DNA of 64,000 nucleotides, from positions 1,695 to 65,694 of the forward strand of contig CAYMZY010000001.1 of NCBI GenBank assembly GCA_964395165.1, read 5' to 3'. Made by a program: the position numbers and the translations under genes. A model generated the notes under the pieces. The model was not told the origin of the DNA. It saw only the letters and a list, made by a program, of their open reading frames with translations, and searched no databases. Shown piece after piece: positions 10,078-20,177 of this stretch (within the stretch, counting starts at the first letter, position 1; each line of letters begins with the position of its first letter). This DNA is from an uncultured Bdellovibrionales bacterium (GTDB taxonomy: Bacteria > Patescibacteriota > Minisyncoccia > Moranbacterales > UBA1568).

Positions 10078-11724
10078 ATGGAAGAGACCGAAACGCAGAT
10101 GACTGTGCCGAAAGTTTCAGACACGTCTTCCGGTACTGTGCCGGTCCTTTCGGAGTTCCCGAAACAGCTGGAAAAACGGATACTGGAAATCATCCCCGAA
10201 GCGACGGCTCGCAAGCATCGCCTGTTTTGTTTTGAAAAGACTGATACGTTGCTCCGTATCGCCATGGTTGATCCGTCGGATTTCGATGCTATGAATATGC
10301 TCCGTTTCCTTGCGGAAAAGGAGTCATTGAGTATCGAAATTTATCGGACGACGGAAACTGTCTTTGGTGAAGTGATGAGGAATTACAGCGGAACCGATAA
10401 GGCGTTGCAGAATGCGATCCTCTCCCTCAAGAAAGGAGCCGAATCAGGAATCGATCTTGAGGCGGAAAAAAAGAAGGTCGTTCAGGGGGAGATATTCCAG
10501 GACGCTCCTATCGCGAAGCTGGTGGAGGTTATTGTCAAGCATGCTCTTGATGGAAGAGCGAGTGATATCCACATCGAACCGATAGAGGGCAATTACCGTG
10601 TCCGGTTCCGAATCGATGGGGTACTCAAATCACAATTGGTCTTTCCGCTTGAGGTGGGACGGGCGGTGGTGTCACGTATCAAGATACTGTCGAATCTCAA
10701 AATCGATGAGAAGCGTAAGCCACAGGACGGGCGTATTCACTTCGAAAGCGGTGGACGGGCGGTCGATCTCCGCGTCTCCTCACTGCCGGTTATGGAGGGA
10801 GAGAAGATCGTGATGCGCGTCCTCGACCGGGCCAACAATGTGAGCGATTTCGATGTTCTGGGACTTCTGGGAAGAAACCGGACCGTTCTTCTGAATAAGA
10901 TACGTGAACCGTTCGGCATCGTTTTGATCACGGGTCCGACCGGTTCCGGGAAATCGACCACCCTGTATGCTTTCTTGCAGATCCTGAATCAGGAAGAGCG
11001 TAATATCGTGACGCTCGAGGATCCCGTGGAGTACTTTATCGATGGTGTGAATCAGAGTCAGATCCGACCGGAAATCGGATACACATTCTCCGCCGGTCTC
11101 CGTTCGATTCTTCGCCAGGATCCGAATATCATCATGGTCGGAGAAATCCGCGATAATGAGACGGCCGAACTGGCGATCCATGCCGCATTGACCGGACACC
11201 TCGTCCTCTCCACGCTCCATACTAATGACGCGATCGGATCGGTTCCGAGATTGGTCGATATGGGTGTCGAATCCTTCCTTTTGGCGTCCTCGTTGCAGTC
11301 GGTCGCCGCACAGCGTTTGGTGCGGAAAATCTGTGAAAAATGCAAGACGGAGATGAAGATCACCGATCTTCAGAGGAATCGCCTGGCACAGATGTACCAG
11401 GAGATACCGCTTGCAGAGAAGAAGGCGTACAACTTGAAAGACAATCAGGAGATCAAGGTGTTCAAGGGTGAGGGTTGTGATGACTGTGGAAGGACCGGGC
11501 ACAAGGGTCGTATCGGAATATATGAAGTTTTCGAGATCACCGACCCGGTGAAGAGCATTATCACCGACCACAATGCGAACGAGCACGAGCTTCGGAAGGA
11601 GTCCTTGGGCCAAGGCATGATCAGTATGAAAGAAGACGGTATTCTCAAAGTGCTGCTCGGTCTGACGACGCTCGCCGAGGTTGAACGGGCGACCGAGGGG
11701 AAATTATTGATCGATGAAGAGTAG
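10078..11724 (+). CDS. pilB: type IV pilus assembly ATPase PilB (GspE family)
   Basis: Walker A GPTGSGKSTTLYA, Asp box, His box. C-terminal tetracysteine CEKC...CDDCGRTG. Confidence 0.9.
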   Translation: MEETETQMTVPKVSDTSSGTVPVLSEFPKQLEKRILEIIPEATARKHRLFCFEKTDTLLRIAMVDPSDFDAMNMLRFLAEKESLSIEIYRTTETVFGEVMRNYSGTDKALQNAILSLKKGAESGIDLEAEKKKVVQGEIFQDAPIAKLVEVIVKHALDGRASDIHIEPIEGNYRVRFRIDGVLKSQLVFPLEVGRAVVSRIKILSNLKIDEKRKPQDGRIHFESGGRAVDLRVSSLPVMEGEKIVMRVLDRANNVSDFDVLGLLGRNRTVLLNKIREPFGIVLITGPTGSGKSTTLYAFLQILNQEERNIVTLEDPVEYFIDGVNQSQIRPEIGYTFSAGLRSILRQDPNIIMVGEIRDNETAELAIHAALTGHLVLSTLHTNDAIGSVPRLVDMGVESFLLASSLQSVAAQRLVRKICEKCKTEMKITDLQRNRLAQMYQEIPLAEKKAYNLKDNQEIKVFKGEGCDDCGRTGHKGRIGIYEVFEITDPVKSIITDHNANEHELRKESLGQGMISMKEDGILKVLLGLTTLAEVERATEGKLLIDEE

Positions 11725-11728
11725 CGCT

Positions 11729-11757
11729 TTGGTCTTATCGGTTTTTTCGGATATACT
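11729..11757 (+). promoter_or_regulatory. putative sigma70-type promoter for pilT (TTGGTC-N17-TATACT)
   Basis: The hexamers are visible. The -10 matches the TATACTG motif that recurs in this window. Confidence 0.3.
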
Positions 11758-11799
11758 GTCAGGAGGAGTTCGGGTTGAATCAATACAAAAACGTATCCT

Positions 11800-12894
11800 A
11801 TGGAAACAAACCTACATGCGGATCAGCGGATCAAGAACCTCTTGTTTCTTGTTGGCCAGCAGAAGGCTTCGGATCTGCATCTGGTAGTCGGGCGTCACCC
11901 GACCCTGCGTATTGACGGCAAGCTCGTACCGATCGTCCAGGAAAAAGTCCTGACTCCCGATGATACCAAAGCGTTGTCGCAGGCTATTCTTACCGAAGAG
12001 AAACAGGAAGAGTTGCTGGCGAAAGGGCATACGGATTTCTCGTATGCGTTTGAGGAGCGGGCCCGTTTCCGAGTGAACGTTTTCTTTCAGAAGGGATATA
12101 TCAGTGTCACGATGCGGTTCGTCATGGACCGGTTGCGAAGTCTTGAAGAATTGAATGTCCCGACGGCTCTGTATAATTTTACCAAGTATTCGCAGGGGCT
12201 TGTTCTGGTGACCGGACCGGTAGGGCACGGAAAGTCGACTACTCTGGCGGCCATAATCGATTTCATCAATCACAACTATGACAAACATATCCTGACTATC
12301 GAGGATCCGATCGAATTCGTGTACAGTCAGGATCGGTGCATCGTCAATCAGCGTGAAATCGGCCGGGATGCGAAGAGTTTTCCCGATGCGCTCCGGGCGG
12401 TCTTTCGGGAAGATGCGAATGTCGTGCTTTTGGGTGAGTTGCGCGATCTGGAAACCATCGGTACCGCCATGACGGCCGCCGAGACCGGGCACCTCATTTT
12501 TGCGACACTGCATACCAATGACAGCTCGCAGACGATCGATCGTATCATTGATGTCTTTCCTGCTTATCAGCAGAATCAAATCCGGTCTCAGCTGGCGAGT
12601 GTCCTGATCGGAGTCATCTCTCAACGCCTGCTTCCTCAGGTGGGCGGAGGACGGGTGCCGGCGGTTGAGATCATGTTCAAGAACCATGCGGTGGAGAATT
12701 TGATTCGCGAGAATAAGATACATCAGATCGATGGTGTGATCGAGACGAGTCTGAAGGAAGGTATGATATCGCTTGATCGTTCTCTCGCGGAACTTGTTCG
12801 CCAGGGACTCATCTCGGTGGAAGACGCTTTCTCTTATGCGAAGAATCAGGATTATCTCCAGATGATCATCGCAAAAATGGCTGAAAAAGCCTGA
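11800..12894 (+). CDS. pilT: twitching motility ATPase PilT
   Basis: Walker A GPVGHGKSTTLAA, ILLGELRD, AIRN-like C-terminus. 364 aa. Confidence 0.9.
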   Translation: METNLHADQRIKNLLFLVGQQKASDLHLVVGRHPTLRIDGKLVPIVQEKVLTPDDTKALSQAILTEEKQEELLAKGHTDFSYAFEERARFRVNVFFQKGYISVTMRFVMDRLRSLEELNVPTALYNFTKYSQGLVLVTGPVGHGKSTTLAAIIDFINHNYDKHILTIEDPIEFVYSQDRCIVNQREIGRDAKSFPDALRAVFREDANVVLLGELRDLETIGTAMTAAETGHLIFATLHTNDSSQTIDRIIDVFPAYQQNQIRSQLASVLIGVISQRLLPQVGGGRVPAVEIMFKNHAVENLIRENKIHQIDGVIETSLKEGMISLDRSLAELVRQGLISVEDAFSYAKNQDYLQMIIAKMAEKA

Positions 12895-12923
12895 TTTTTC
12901 GTAAAACATTATTTGTTATCCGT

Positions 12924-14132
12924 ATGAAATTCGTATTCAAGGCGAAAACCGAAGCGGGTCAAGAGCGGTCAGGTATCGTCGAGGCTCTGAGTCGAGAGGC
13001 TGCTATCCTGGTACTTCAAAACAACGGTCTCACGCCATTTTCCGTACAGGAGGAGGCGCACGATGTCGCATTGATTCGGGATATTTCGAAACTGTGGGAG
13101 GGGGTGTCCCAGAAGGAGCTGATGGTGATGTTTCGACAGCTGGCGACATTGATCAGTGCCCGAGTTCCGATGGTTTCGGCCTTGGATACCCTGGCGGATC
13201 AGACACCGAATCGATATTTTCGTATTATCCTAAAGGAGATAGAAGATGATGTGGAAGACGGTTCATCGTTTTCAGAAAGCTTGGAAAAGCATCCGACCGT
13301 ATTCGAACCGCTGGTCATCAATATGCTCCGGGCCGGAGAGGTTTCAGGAACCCTTCAGCGGGCGATCGAGGTGGTCGCGGAAAATATCGAGAAGAATTAC
13401 CAGCTGTCAGCCAAGATCAAGGGGGCGCTGTTCTATCCAGGATTCGTCTTTTCGGCGGCACTTATCATCGGGTTTCTCGTGGTGACGTTCATCCTGCCGA
13501 AACTGACTGGTCTGATTCGTGATCTCGGAGTTCCGATTCCGTGGTATACGGAGGTGCTCATGTGGATCGGGGATTTCATGAATGCGTACTGGTGGGCAGT
13601 ACTGCTCGTGTTTTTTGCGGCCGGTCTCTCATTTTTCTACTATATCAACACTGCGGCGGGACAGGCCGATTGGAATCGGGTGGTCCTGAAGTTGCCTATA
13701 TTTGGAGACCTCATGAAATACGTCTATATCACCCGTTTTTCGGAAAATATGAGCTCGCTTCTGAATGGGGGGATTCCGATCGTCAAGGCGCTCATCATCG
13801 TGAGTGACGTGACAGGAAATCTCGTTTTTCGGGAGGTCATCCTGCATGCCGCGGAAGAAGTGAAGACGGGTGGGGCGATGAGTGGGGTGTTTCTCCGTTC
13901 CCCGATCATACCGCCTATCGTGTCGCAGATGATTAAGATCGGCGAGGAGTCGGGATCGGTCGCGAAGGTGCTCGACGGTGTGGCGAGTTTTTACCGGGCG
14001 GAAGTGGAAAACATCACGCGTAACATGACCTCTTTGATAGAGCCGATACTGATCGTATTCCTTGGTATCGGGGTCGGAATTATGGTGGTGGGTATTCTTA
14101 TGCCGATCTATGATATCGCCGGGAAACTTTAA
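12924..14132 (+). CDS. pilC: type IV pilus inner-membrane platform protein PilC (GspF family)
   Basis: 402 aa, two T2SF repeats, three TM segments. Confidence 0.9.
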   Translation: MKFVFKAKTEAGQERSGIVEALSREAAILVLQNNGLTPFSVQEEAHDVALIRDISKLWEGVSQKELMVMFRQLATLISARVPMVSALDTLADQTPNRYFRIILKEIEDDVEDGSSFSESLEKHPTVFEPLVINMLRAGEVSGTLQRAIEVVAENIEKNYQLSAKIKGALFYPGFVFSAALIIGFLVVTFILPKLTGLIRDLGVPIPWYTEVLMWIGDFMNAYWWAVLLVFFAAGLSFFYYINTAAGQADWNRVVLKLPIFGDLMKYVYITRFSENMSSLLNGGIPIVKALIIVSDVTGNLVFREVILHAAEEVKTGGAMSGVFLRSPIIPPIVSQMIKIGEESGSVAKVLDGVASFYRAEVENITRNMTSLIEPILIVFLGIGVGIMVVGILMPIYDIAGKL

Positions 14133-14146
14133 TGGGCGAAAAAGAG

Positions 14147-14176
14147 TTGGTTATTTTTGAAAGGGCAGTGTACAAT
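14147..14176 (+). promoter_or_regulatory. putative promoter for the pilin genes (TTGGTT-N18-TACAAT)
   Basis: Hexamers are about 75 nt upstream of the pilin ATG. AGGAGGTGAGG RBS before the ATG. Confidence 0.35.
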
Positions 14177-14249
14177 AGAGACAATGGAAAAAGAGACCGG
14201 AAGGGTTTCGAAGAAAAATAAAAATCATGAATGGAAAGGAGGTGAGGAC

Positions 14250-14609
14250 ATGAAAAACAATCTGAAAGGTTTCACGCTCATCGAACTCCTGATCGTCATC
14301 GCGATTATCGGTATTCTCGCTTCGATCGTGCTGGTGAGTTTGAGCGGTGCTCGGACAAAGGCGCAAAAGGCGGCGTTCAAAGCTGAAGTGTCCGGAGCGG
14401 TTGGAGGTCTTGTGCTCGAGTGTGATGATGCTGCTCCGACACCACCGGGAGACACGACGGTAACGGATTGGGACAATACGGTAACGGAGGATTGTGGCCC
14501 AGCTGGCGATGGGACCTTCTCGATTAGTGCGGTTCCAGTGGCGACTATCGCTGGTTGCACCGGGGCAAACGCGACAGAAACAGGAGCAGATTTTGCGAGT
14601 TGTCCTTAG
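14250..14609 (+). CDS. pilA: type IV pilin (class III signal peptide)
   Basis: [31 protein letters not shown] prepilin motif (cleavage after G, Glu+5). 4 Cys in the C-terminal half. Confidence 0.8.
   Translation: MKNNLKGFTLIELLIVIAIIGILASIVLVSLSGARTKAQKAAFKAEVSGAVGGLVLECDDAAPTPPGDTTVTDWDNTVTEDCGPAGDGTFSISAVPVATIAGCTGANATETGADFASCP
14265..14345 (+). repeat. 81-nt exact direct repeat, copy 1 (pilin N-terminal alpha-helix coding region)
   Basis: Identical to 14683-14763 (aaaggtttcacgctcatcgaactcctgatcgtcatcgcgattatcggtattctcgcttcgatcgtgctggtgagtttgagc). Confidence 0.85.
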
Positions 14610-14670
14610 GCTTTCGGGCTCGGGAGATTGACTGGCTTCAAAGGTGTTAAAATTTTTTAAAGAAAGATTT

Positions 14671-15027
14671 ATGTATCAGAAGAAAGGTTTCACGCTCATC
14701 GAACTCCTGATCGTCATCGCGATTATCGGTATTCTCGCTTCGATCGTGCTGGTGAGTTTGAGCAATGCTCGGACGAAGGCGCAGGTGGCGTCATTCAAGG
14801 CGGAGACATCTGGAGCGAATGCTGGGCTTTTGCTCCAGTGTGACACCGCTGCTCCTACGCCACCAACCGATACGACGACAACTAACTGGGCCAACGCCAT
14901 CACGAGTAGCTGCGGAGCTGCCGGAAGCGGAACATTCAGAATTACCGCGGTTCCGATTAACACAGCCTTGAACTGCACCGCTACGGTCACCAACACGGGA
15001 ACAACCTATGCGGGGGCGGGCTGCTAG
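14671..15027 (+). CDS. pilA: type IV pilin paralog (class III signal peptide)
   Basis: [22 protein letters not shown]. The C-terminal half diverges from copy 1 but keeps 4 Cys and a Thr/Pro-rich stretch. Confidence 0.8.
   Translation: MYQKKGFTLIELLIVIAIIGILASIVLVSLSNARTKAQVASFKAETSGANAGLLLQCDTAAPTPPTDTTTTNWANAITSSCGAAGSGTFRITAVPINTALNCTATVTNTGTTYAGAGC
14683..14763 (+). repeat. 81-nt exact direct repeat, copy 2
   Basis: See 14265-14345. Confidence 0.85.
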
Positions 15028-15052
15028 TCTTGCAAATTTTCTTGAACGGATG

Positions 15053-15086
15053 CAGAAGAGCGGGGAGGTGTCCCCGCTCTTCTGCT
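15053..15086 (+). terminator. perfect 15-bp inverted repeat (gcagaagagcgggga/tccccgctcttctgc) after pilin 2; no U-tract
   Basis: The inverted repeat is seen directly. It is followed by TATACTGG (promoter-like) rather than a T-run. Confidence 0.35.
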
Positions 15087-15128
15087 ATACTGGGAGAGTG
15101 ACTGATGTACTAAAGTCGTTGATCATAT

Positions 15129-16778
15129 ATGAGATTGTTTAGCTGGCCGGATCTTTTGAAGAAAATGAGTCGTTTCGTCAGTGACCAGACTTTACCCTTT
15201 TGGGGAAAGCTGGTTATCGCATACATGTTTTTTTCCCTCCTGTTTTCGGCATATTTTCTCTTGCCATCCTTTACCTCTCTTGATGACCAATTTTTCAATA
15301 TCAAGTTCGCTGAGCTTATCCGGGAACGGGGTATGGGTGCGTTTTCGCATTTTGACTGGTTCAGTGCTGTCGGATCGTATGCCTGGCATGCGAATATGTT
15401 GTTCTATATCTTCCTTATTCCATTTACCTTCGTCGAGCCGCTCGAACTCGGAATCAAACTCTATGCCGTAGCGTCCCTTTCCTTTACTTTTTGTGTGGTA
15501 TACGCTTTCTTTTCCGTCCTCCGGATGCGGTCCGCATTCATCTCAACGCTTGTGATTTTGGCAATTTTTTTCGTTCCGTTGGCCATATGGCATTTCTTGA
15601 TGGCGAGAGCTTTCGTTGTCCTGCCGGCGTCCTTGCTGCTCGAGCTCATTTTTTTGCTTCGGAAACGTTACGTATCGGCTGCGGTACTTGCATTCCTGTA
15701 TTTCTTCTGGCATATCGGAACTTTCTTCTTTCCGCTGGTCGTGGCAGTGGTCTATGCCGTCGCGCTGATTTTTGAAGGGAAGCCATGGAATCGATGGATA
15801 ATACTGGCCCCTCTCGTCGGGACATCGGCTGCAATGGTATTAGGGGGATTTCTTCTACCCGGATTCGCCTCCGGATTCTTTGAAAGCTTTGCAACGATCT
15901 TGAGAACCGTTTCGGAGACGGGATTTTCTGGACAGGCTGTCGTGCAGGAGGGTGGAGAGGTATACCCACTCAATGTCTTTGATTTATACGGATTGGCATC
16001 CGTCTTGATGGGCTTATTCATCTTTTTTCTTGTTAGGGATACGAAGGGATATCTGGCTCATTCGAAGAACAAGGGAGAATCCGTTTTTCAGTACGATGCC
16101 GCTTGGGGAACCTTGTTCATTCTCAGCATCATCTTTCTTCTGGGGACACTCATTACGAAGCGCATGCTGGACTTCTTCGTCGTATTTGCTCCAGTGTTCC
16201 TTCTGTATCGGCTACGATATATCCTTGATCTTTGGAGAAGGGAGCAGGCTGTGAATACCGCGATCGGCGTGGTGATTTTTTTCGGTCTTCTGACGAATTT
16301 GCTTCTGGTGGGAGACCAGGTTTCGCAGACCAGACGATATACTTCGATTCGGGGAGCGGCTGAGTGGCTTACCCGAAACTCTCAGCCAGGGGAGATTGTG
16401 TTCAATCCGACCATAAATTACTTCCCGACGTTCTTCTTCTTCAATCAGTACCATAATCGCCTCATCATCGGAATCGAACCCCGACTTTTGTATGAAGCTG
16501 ATCCGGAAAAGTATTGGCTGTGGTATCATGTTTCCAACGAGGGGAAGGTGTGCGATCGGCAGACATGCGACTCGGATATCCTGTCCGGAAAAGACACGCA
16601 GGAGAAGGGTCTGGCTGTCGCACACATGATGAAAACGGAGTTTTCGGCCCAATTCGTCATCGTTTCCGGGGAATTCGACTCCTTGCTTGAAATCATGCGC
16701 GGTTCGACGGCTTTTCAAAGGGTATATACGGACCCGATCGATAGGTACTACGAGGTATACTCCATACGCCCGGAATAA
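15129..16778 (+). CDS. polytopic membrane protein, putative GT-C-type glycosyltransferase (ArnT/PMT/GT39-83-like architecture)
   Basis: 549 aa, about 11-13 TM then a roughly 150-aa soluble C-terminal domain. Acidic SLDDQ motif in the first predicted outside loop. The function is inferred from architecture and context only. Confidence 0.45.
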   Translation: MRLFSWPDLLKKMSRFVSDQTLPFWGKLVIAYMFFSLLFSAYFLLPSFTSLDDQFFNIKFAELIRERGMGAFSHFDWFSAVGSYAWHANMLFYIFLIPFTFVEPLELGIKLYAVASLSFTFCVVYAFFSVLRMRSAFISTLVILAIFFVPLAIWHFLMARAFVVLPASLLLELIFLLRKRYVSAAVLAFLYFFWHIGTFFFPLVVAVVYAVALIFEGKPWNRWIILAPLVGTSAAMVLGGFLLPGFASGFFESFATILRTVSETGFSGQAVVQEGGEVYPLNVFDLYGLASVLMGLFIFFLVRDTKGYLAHSKNKGESVFQYDAAWGTLFILSIIFLLGTLITKRMLDFFVVFAPVFLLYRLRYILDLWRREQAVNTAIGVVIFFGLLTNLLLVGDQVSQTRRYTSIRGAAEWLTRNSQPGEIVFNPTINYFPTFFFFNQYHNRLIIGIEPRLLYEADPEKYWLWYHVSNEGKVCDRQTCDSDILSGKDTQEKGLAVAHMMKTEFSAQFVIVSGEFDSLLEIMRGSTAFQRVYTDPIDRYYEVYSIRPE

Positions 16779-16794
16779 TCATTAGGAATGCTCT

Positions 16795-17847
16795 TTGAGT
16801 ATGCTTCAGAAACAGAAGGTCCGAGTAGGCATCATCGGAGGTGGATGGGTGACGGAACATCGGCATCTTCCAGTGCTCGCGAGGCATGCTTCGGTCGAGA
16901 TTACCTCTCTTGTTGGGCGCGATCGGAAGCGGGTAGAGTCGCTTCAGAAGAAGTTTTCGATCCAGGATTCGTTCGTCGGGGCTGCTCAGGATTTTCCACA
17001 AGGAATGGATGCGTGTGAGGCTGTCGTTATCGGGGCCGATCCTTCCGCGCATGCTTCTTTGATCAGGTTCGCGCTTGAACAGGGTAAGCATGTCCTGGTA
17101 GAGAAACCGTTCACACTTTCTGTTCATGAGTCGGAAGAGCTCGTCGACCTGGCGAGAGCCCGGGGTCTGAAATTGGCAGTCGTGCATAATTTCCAGTTCT
17201 CTTCCTCTGCACGGGAACTGGAGCGGGATATTTTGCAAGGGAATATCGGTACGATACGCAGTGTGGAGGCCGTACAGCTGAGTAATCCGAAAAGACGGCT
17301 CCCGTCCTGGTATGAGTCATTGCCTTGGGGGCTCTTTTTCGACGAATCTCCGCATCTCTTGTATCTCTTGGAAAGATTCGGCGGACCCTTGGCATTCCAA
17401 TCCGCTGCCGTTCACCGCGAAGAAGGAAGAGAGACGCCGCAACTGGTGGATGCGTTCTTTCTTGGGAAGGGGGGCATGCCGATAACCTTGCACATGAATT
17501 TCAATGCGAGCGTGTCCGAATGGTTCTTGATCGTTCATGGGGAGAAACGGGTCGGAGTGTTGGATATCTTCCGGGATATTTATTTTTCCCTTCCGAATGA
17601 TGGGCGGCATGCTCCGCAGCAGATCCTCCGTACGAGTTCCGGGGCGTTTTTCGGTCATCTGAAAGGCGTCTTTCGGAGCGGTATACAGGTCTTGCGAGGG
17701 ACGTATTTCTGTGGGAATGAATCGGTAATGGATATCTTTTTCAGGTCCATTCTGGAGAATTCTTCGCTCGGAAGTATCAGTGCTGAGAAAGGAGTTTCCG
17801 TGAACAGGCTCCAATCAGAAATCATCAACAGAGCCTCTCTTTACTAA
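16795..17847 (+). CDS. Gfo/Idh/MocA family NAD(P)-dependent oxidoreductase (sugar dehydrogenase-like)
   Basis: N-terminal Rossmann VGIIGGGWVTEHRHLPVL. EKP motif (LVEKPF). Confidence 0.8.
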   Translation: MSMLQKQKVRVGIIGGGWVTEHRHLPVLARHASVEITSLVGRDRKRVESLQKKFSIQDSFVGAAQDFPQGMDACEAVVIGADPSAHASLIRFALEQGKHVLVEKPFTLSVHESEELVDLARARGLKLAVVHNFQFSSSARELERDILQGNIGTIRSVEAVQLSNPKRRLPSWYESLPWGLFFDESPHLLYLLERFGGPLAFQSAAVHREEGRETPQLVDAFFLGKGGMPITLHMNFNASVSEWFLIVHGEKRVGVLDIFRDIYFSLPNDGRHAPQQILRTSSGAFFGHLKGVFRSGIQVLRGTYFCGNESVMDIFFRSILENSSLGSISAEKGVSVNRLQSEIINRASLY

Positions 17848-17851
17848 TGTC

Positions 17852-19030
17852 GTGCGGCGAGAGCGATGGAAGTCAATTTTTATGGAAATGCGAAACATAT
17901 TGGTGGTTTCAACTTTTTTCGCTCCTCACGTCGGAGGAGTGGAGGTCTATACGGAGCGACTCTTTTCCCGGCTGGCGAGCAGGTATCGTGAGGCACGGAT
18001 CACTCTTTTGGTCCTTAATACTGATGATGCGCCCGAGTACGAGAGAGTTTCCGGAATCGATGTCTACCGGATGCCTTGCTTTCGGTTTCCTTCGGTGAAC
18101 CCTTTTTTCTCGCCTTTCGAGCTCGTGAAGATGATTCGGAAAATCGATATCGATTCATTCGATATTGTCATCACCCAGTGTCGCTATTACTTTTTGACGA
18201 ATGCCCTGGGAGCTATCGCTCGGTATCGGAAGATACCGCTCATCCATATCGAGCATAACGCGGGCTTCATGAAGCACGGCAATCCGTTCATTCAGGTGGC
18301 GGCATGGTCGTATGATAGGCTATTGGGCCCGCTCGTCCTTCGGCGTTCGAGAGTCATCATCTGTGTTTCCGAAGGAGTTCGAAAGTTCCTTCTCAAAGCG
18401 TTTCATATGGATGCGCATCGATTGCTGGTCAGGGAGAGCGGAATCGATACGGATGGATGGAATCAGGTAGAGCATGTTCCTCATGAGGATTATTTTCCGG
18501 TACTCGCGTATGTCGGCCGTCTTATCGAGTCGAAAGGTATCCTGCTCCTTCTGGAATCCGTCAGGAATTTGAAAGCGAAATATCCCCGGATACACCTGTT
18601 TGTCGCGGGCAGTGGTCAGGATGAGGATCGGGTGAAATGTGCGATCTCCGAATATGGTCTTGACAGACAGGTTTCCTTGCTTGGCAATATCAATCATGAT
18701 GCCATGAGGAATCTGTATCGGTCGGTAGATATTCTCATCAATCCTTCCTATTATCCCGAAGGTTTGCAGATAACCCTCCTTGAAGCGGCTTGCTCGGGTT
18801 TGGCGATCGTGACGACCGATGTCAGTGGAGCGAATGAGCTTTTTCGGGACGGAGATTCTGCCCTGATAGTGGAGAAGAACAACATGAGTGCTCTCGAACG
18901 GGGTATCGTGAGACTTCTGGAAGATTCTGAGCTGAGAAGAAGGCTTGGAGAACGTGCGAGACAGGAAGTTTCGGAAGTGTTTTCATGGGAGAAGAAAGCG
19001 GATGCGTTTTATGAAGCGATTTGGCGGTAA
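17852..19030 (+). CDS. glycosyltransferase family 4 (GT-B)
   Basis: EX7E-type motif region EGLQITLLEAACSGLAIVTTDVSGANE. The start may instead be the ATG at 17882. Confidence 0.8.
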   Translation: MRRERWKSIFMEMRNILVVSTFFAPHVGGVEVYTERLFSRLASRYREARITLLVLNTDDAPEYERVSGIDVYRMPCFRFPSVNPFFSPFELVKMIRKIDIDSFDIVITQCRYYFLTNALGAIARYRKIPLIHIEHNAGFMKHGNPFIQVAAWSYDRLLGPLVLRRSRVIICVSEGVRKFLLKAFHMDAHRLLVRESGIDTDGWNQVEHVPHEDYFPVLAYVGRLIESKGILLLLESVRNLKAKYPRIHLFVAGSGQDEDRVKCAISEYGLDRQVSLLGNINHDAMRNLYRSVDILINPSYYPEGLQITLLEAACSGLAIVTTDVSGANELFRDGDSALIVEKNNMSALERGIVRLLEDSELRRRLGERARQEVSEVFSWEKKADAFYEAIWR

Positions 19031-19415
19031 ATTTCTGTCTCGGTATTTCATCCGGTTCCTCCTGGTCGGCGGACTGGCTTTGTCATGCAGTCTCGCGGGT
19101 TTTTATCTTCTGGTCGATAAGGCTGGTATTCCGTATCTGTCGGCTACCGCTATCCTTTTCTTCGTGGTGAACTTTTTTTCTTTCCTTCTGAACAAGTATT
19201 TCACTTTTCGGACGGAAAACGTTCACTTTCCCCGTGAGATGGGACGGTATTATGCGATAATGGTATCGAGTTTCATTTTGAATCTCGCGGGCATGTTTCT
19301 TCTCGTGGATGTGCTTGGCCTGTGGTATATTGCAGCCAGCGTGATAACGGCGTTTCTGATGGTATGGTATAATTTTTTCTGGAGTTATTTCTGGGGATTC
19401 GGAAGGGATATATAG
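19011..19415 (+). CDS. GtrA family membrane protein (polyprenol-phosphate sugar flippase-associated)
   Basis: About 135 aa, 4 TM. FIRFLLVGGLALSCSLAGFYLLV...KYFTFR is typical of GtrA. Overlaps the GT4 stop by 20 nt. Confidence 0.65.
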   Translation: MKRFGGKFLSRYFIRFLLVGGLALSCSLAGFYLLVDKAGIPYLSATAILFFVVNFFSFLLNKYFTFRTENVHFPREMGRYYAIMVSSFILNLAGMFLLVDVLGLWYIAASVITAFLMVWYNFFWSYFWGFGRDI

Positions 19416-19421
19416 ACTGTT

Positions 19422-20171
19422 ATGGCGTATTACGATAACTTCGTTCGACATGCTCATCCCCGCTGGGCTAAACGTCTTTTGGTCCGCTTCAATAAGCAAG
19501 TATTGGGATATATCTTGAGGGGATTCCCGGGGAAAAAGAAGTTGTCCGTTTTGGAAATTGGTCCCGGCAAGGGTTACTTTTACGAGGCGGCTCAGGGTGT
19601 TCGCGGAGAACGGATGGAATATTTTTGTTGTGATCAGAATGCGGTTGCCTTGGAGCAGTTTCCTTCTGCGCGTACGTTTCAGGCGAGTGTTCCTCCTTTG
19701 CCGGAAACGGGAAGGAATTTCGACATCATTTATGCCGCTTATGTCATCGAGCACCTTGCGAACGGGAAACAGGTGTATGACCTGGTTCAGTCATGTCGAG
19801 AAAATCTGAATCCTGGAGGGGTACTTGTCTTGCTCGCTCCTGACAGCCGGAGTCAGAAATTCGAGTTCTGGAATATGGACTATACTCATTCCTATCCGAC
19901 GACCATGCGGAATGTCGCCATGATACTTCGTGAGAACGGTTTTTCCGAAATATCGATTTTGCCGGTCAACGGACTGCTGACGGTTCCCGGCTTTGAGAGG
20001 TGGCCGGTCTATCAGGCGATCCGGGCACTGTTTTTCCTGTATGATTATCGGGTTTTCCAGGTTCTCTTCGGGTGGGTTTTCCGTAGGCAGATATACGACC
20101 TCGACAATCCTTTTTATCAGTTGTTCTGTTTCGTGAAACAGCGGAATCTGATGTTCATCGCTCGAAAATAA
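19422..20171 (+). CDS. class I SAM-dependent methyltransferase
   Basis: Motif I VLEIGPGKGYF, acidic motif II. 249 aa. Confidence 0.7.
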   Translation: MAYYDNFVRHAHPRWAKRLLVRFNKQVLGYILRGFPGKKKLSVLEIGPGKGYFYEAAQGVRGERMEYFCCDQNAVALEQFPSARTFQASVPPLPETGRNFDIIYAAYVIEHLANGKQVYDLVQSCRENLNPGGVLVLLAPDSRSQKFEFWNMDYTHSYPTTMRNVAMILRENGFSEISILPVNGLLTVPGFERWPVYQAIRALFFLYDYRVFQVLFGWVFRRQIYDLDNPFYQLFCFVKQRNLMFIARK

Positions 20172-20177
20172 GACCGT

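Noticed and set aside
11812-12909. 365-aa - strand ORF antisense to pilT
   Set aside because: It is a shadow ORF. PilT motifs are unambiguous on the + strand.
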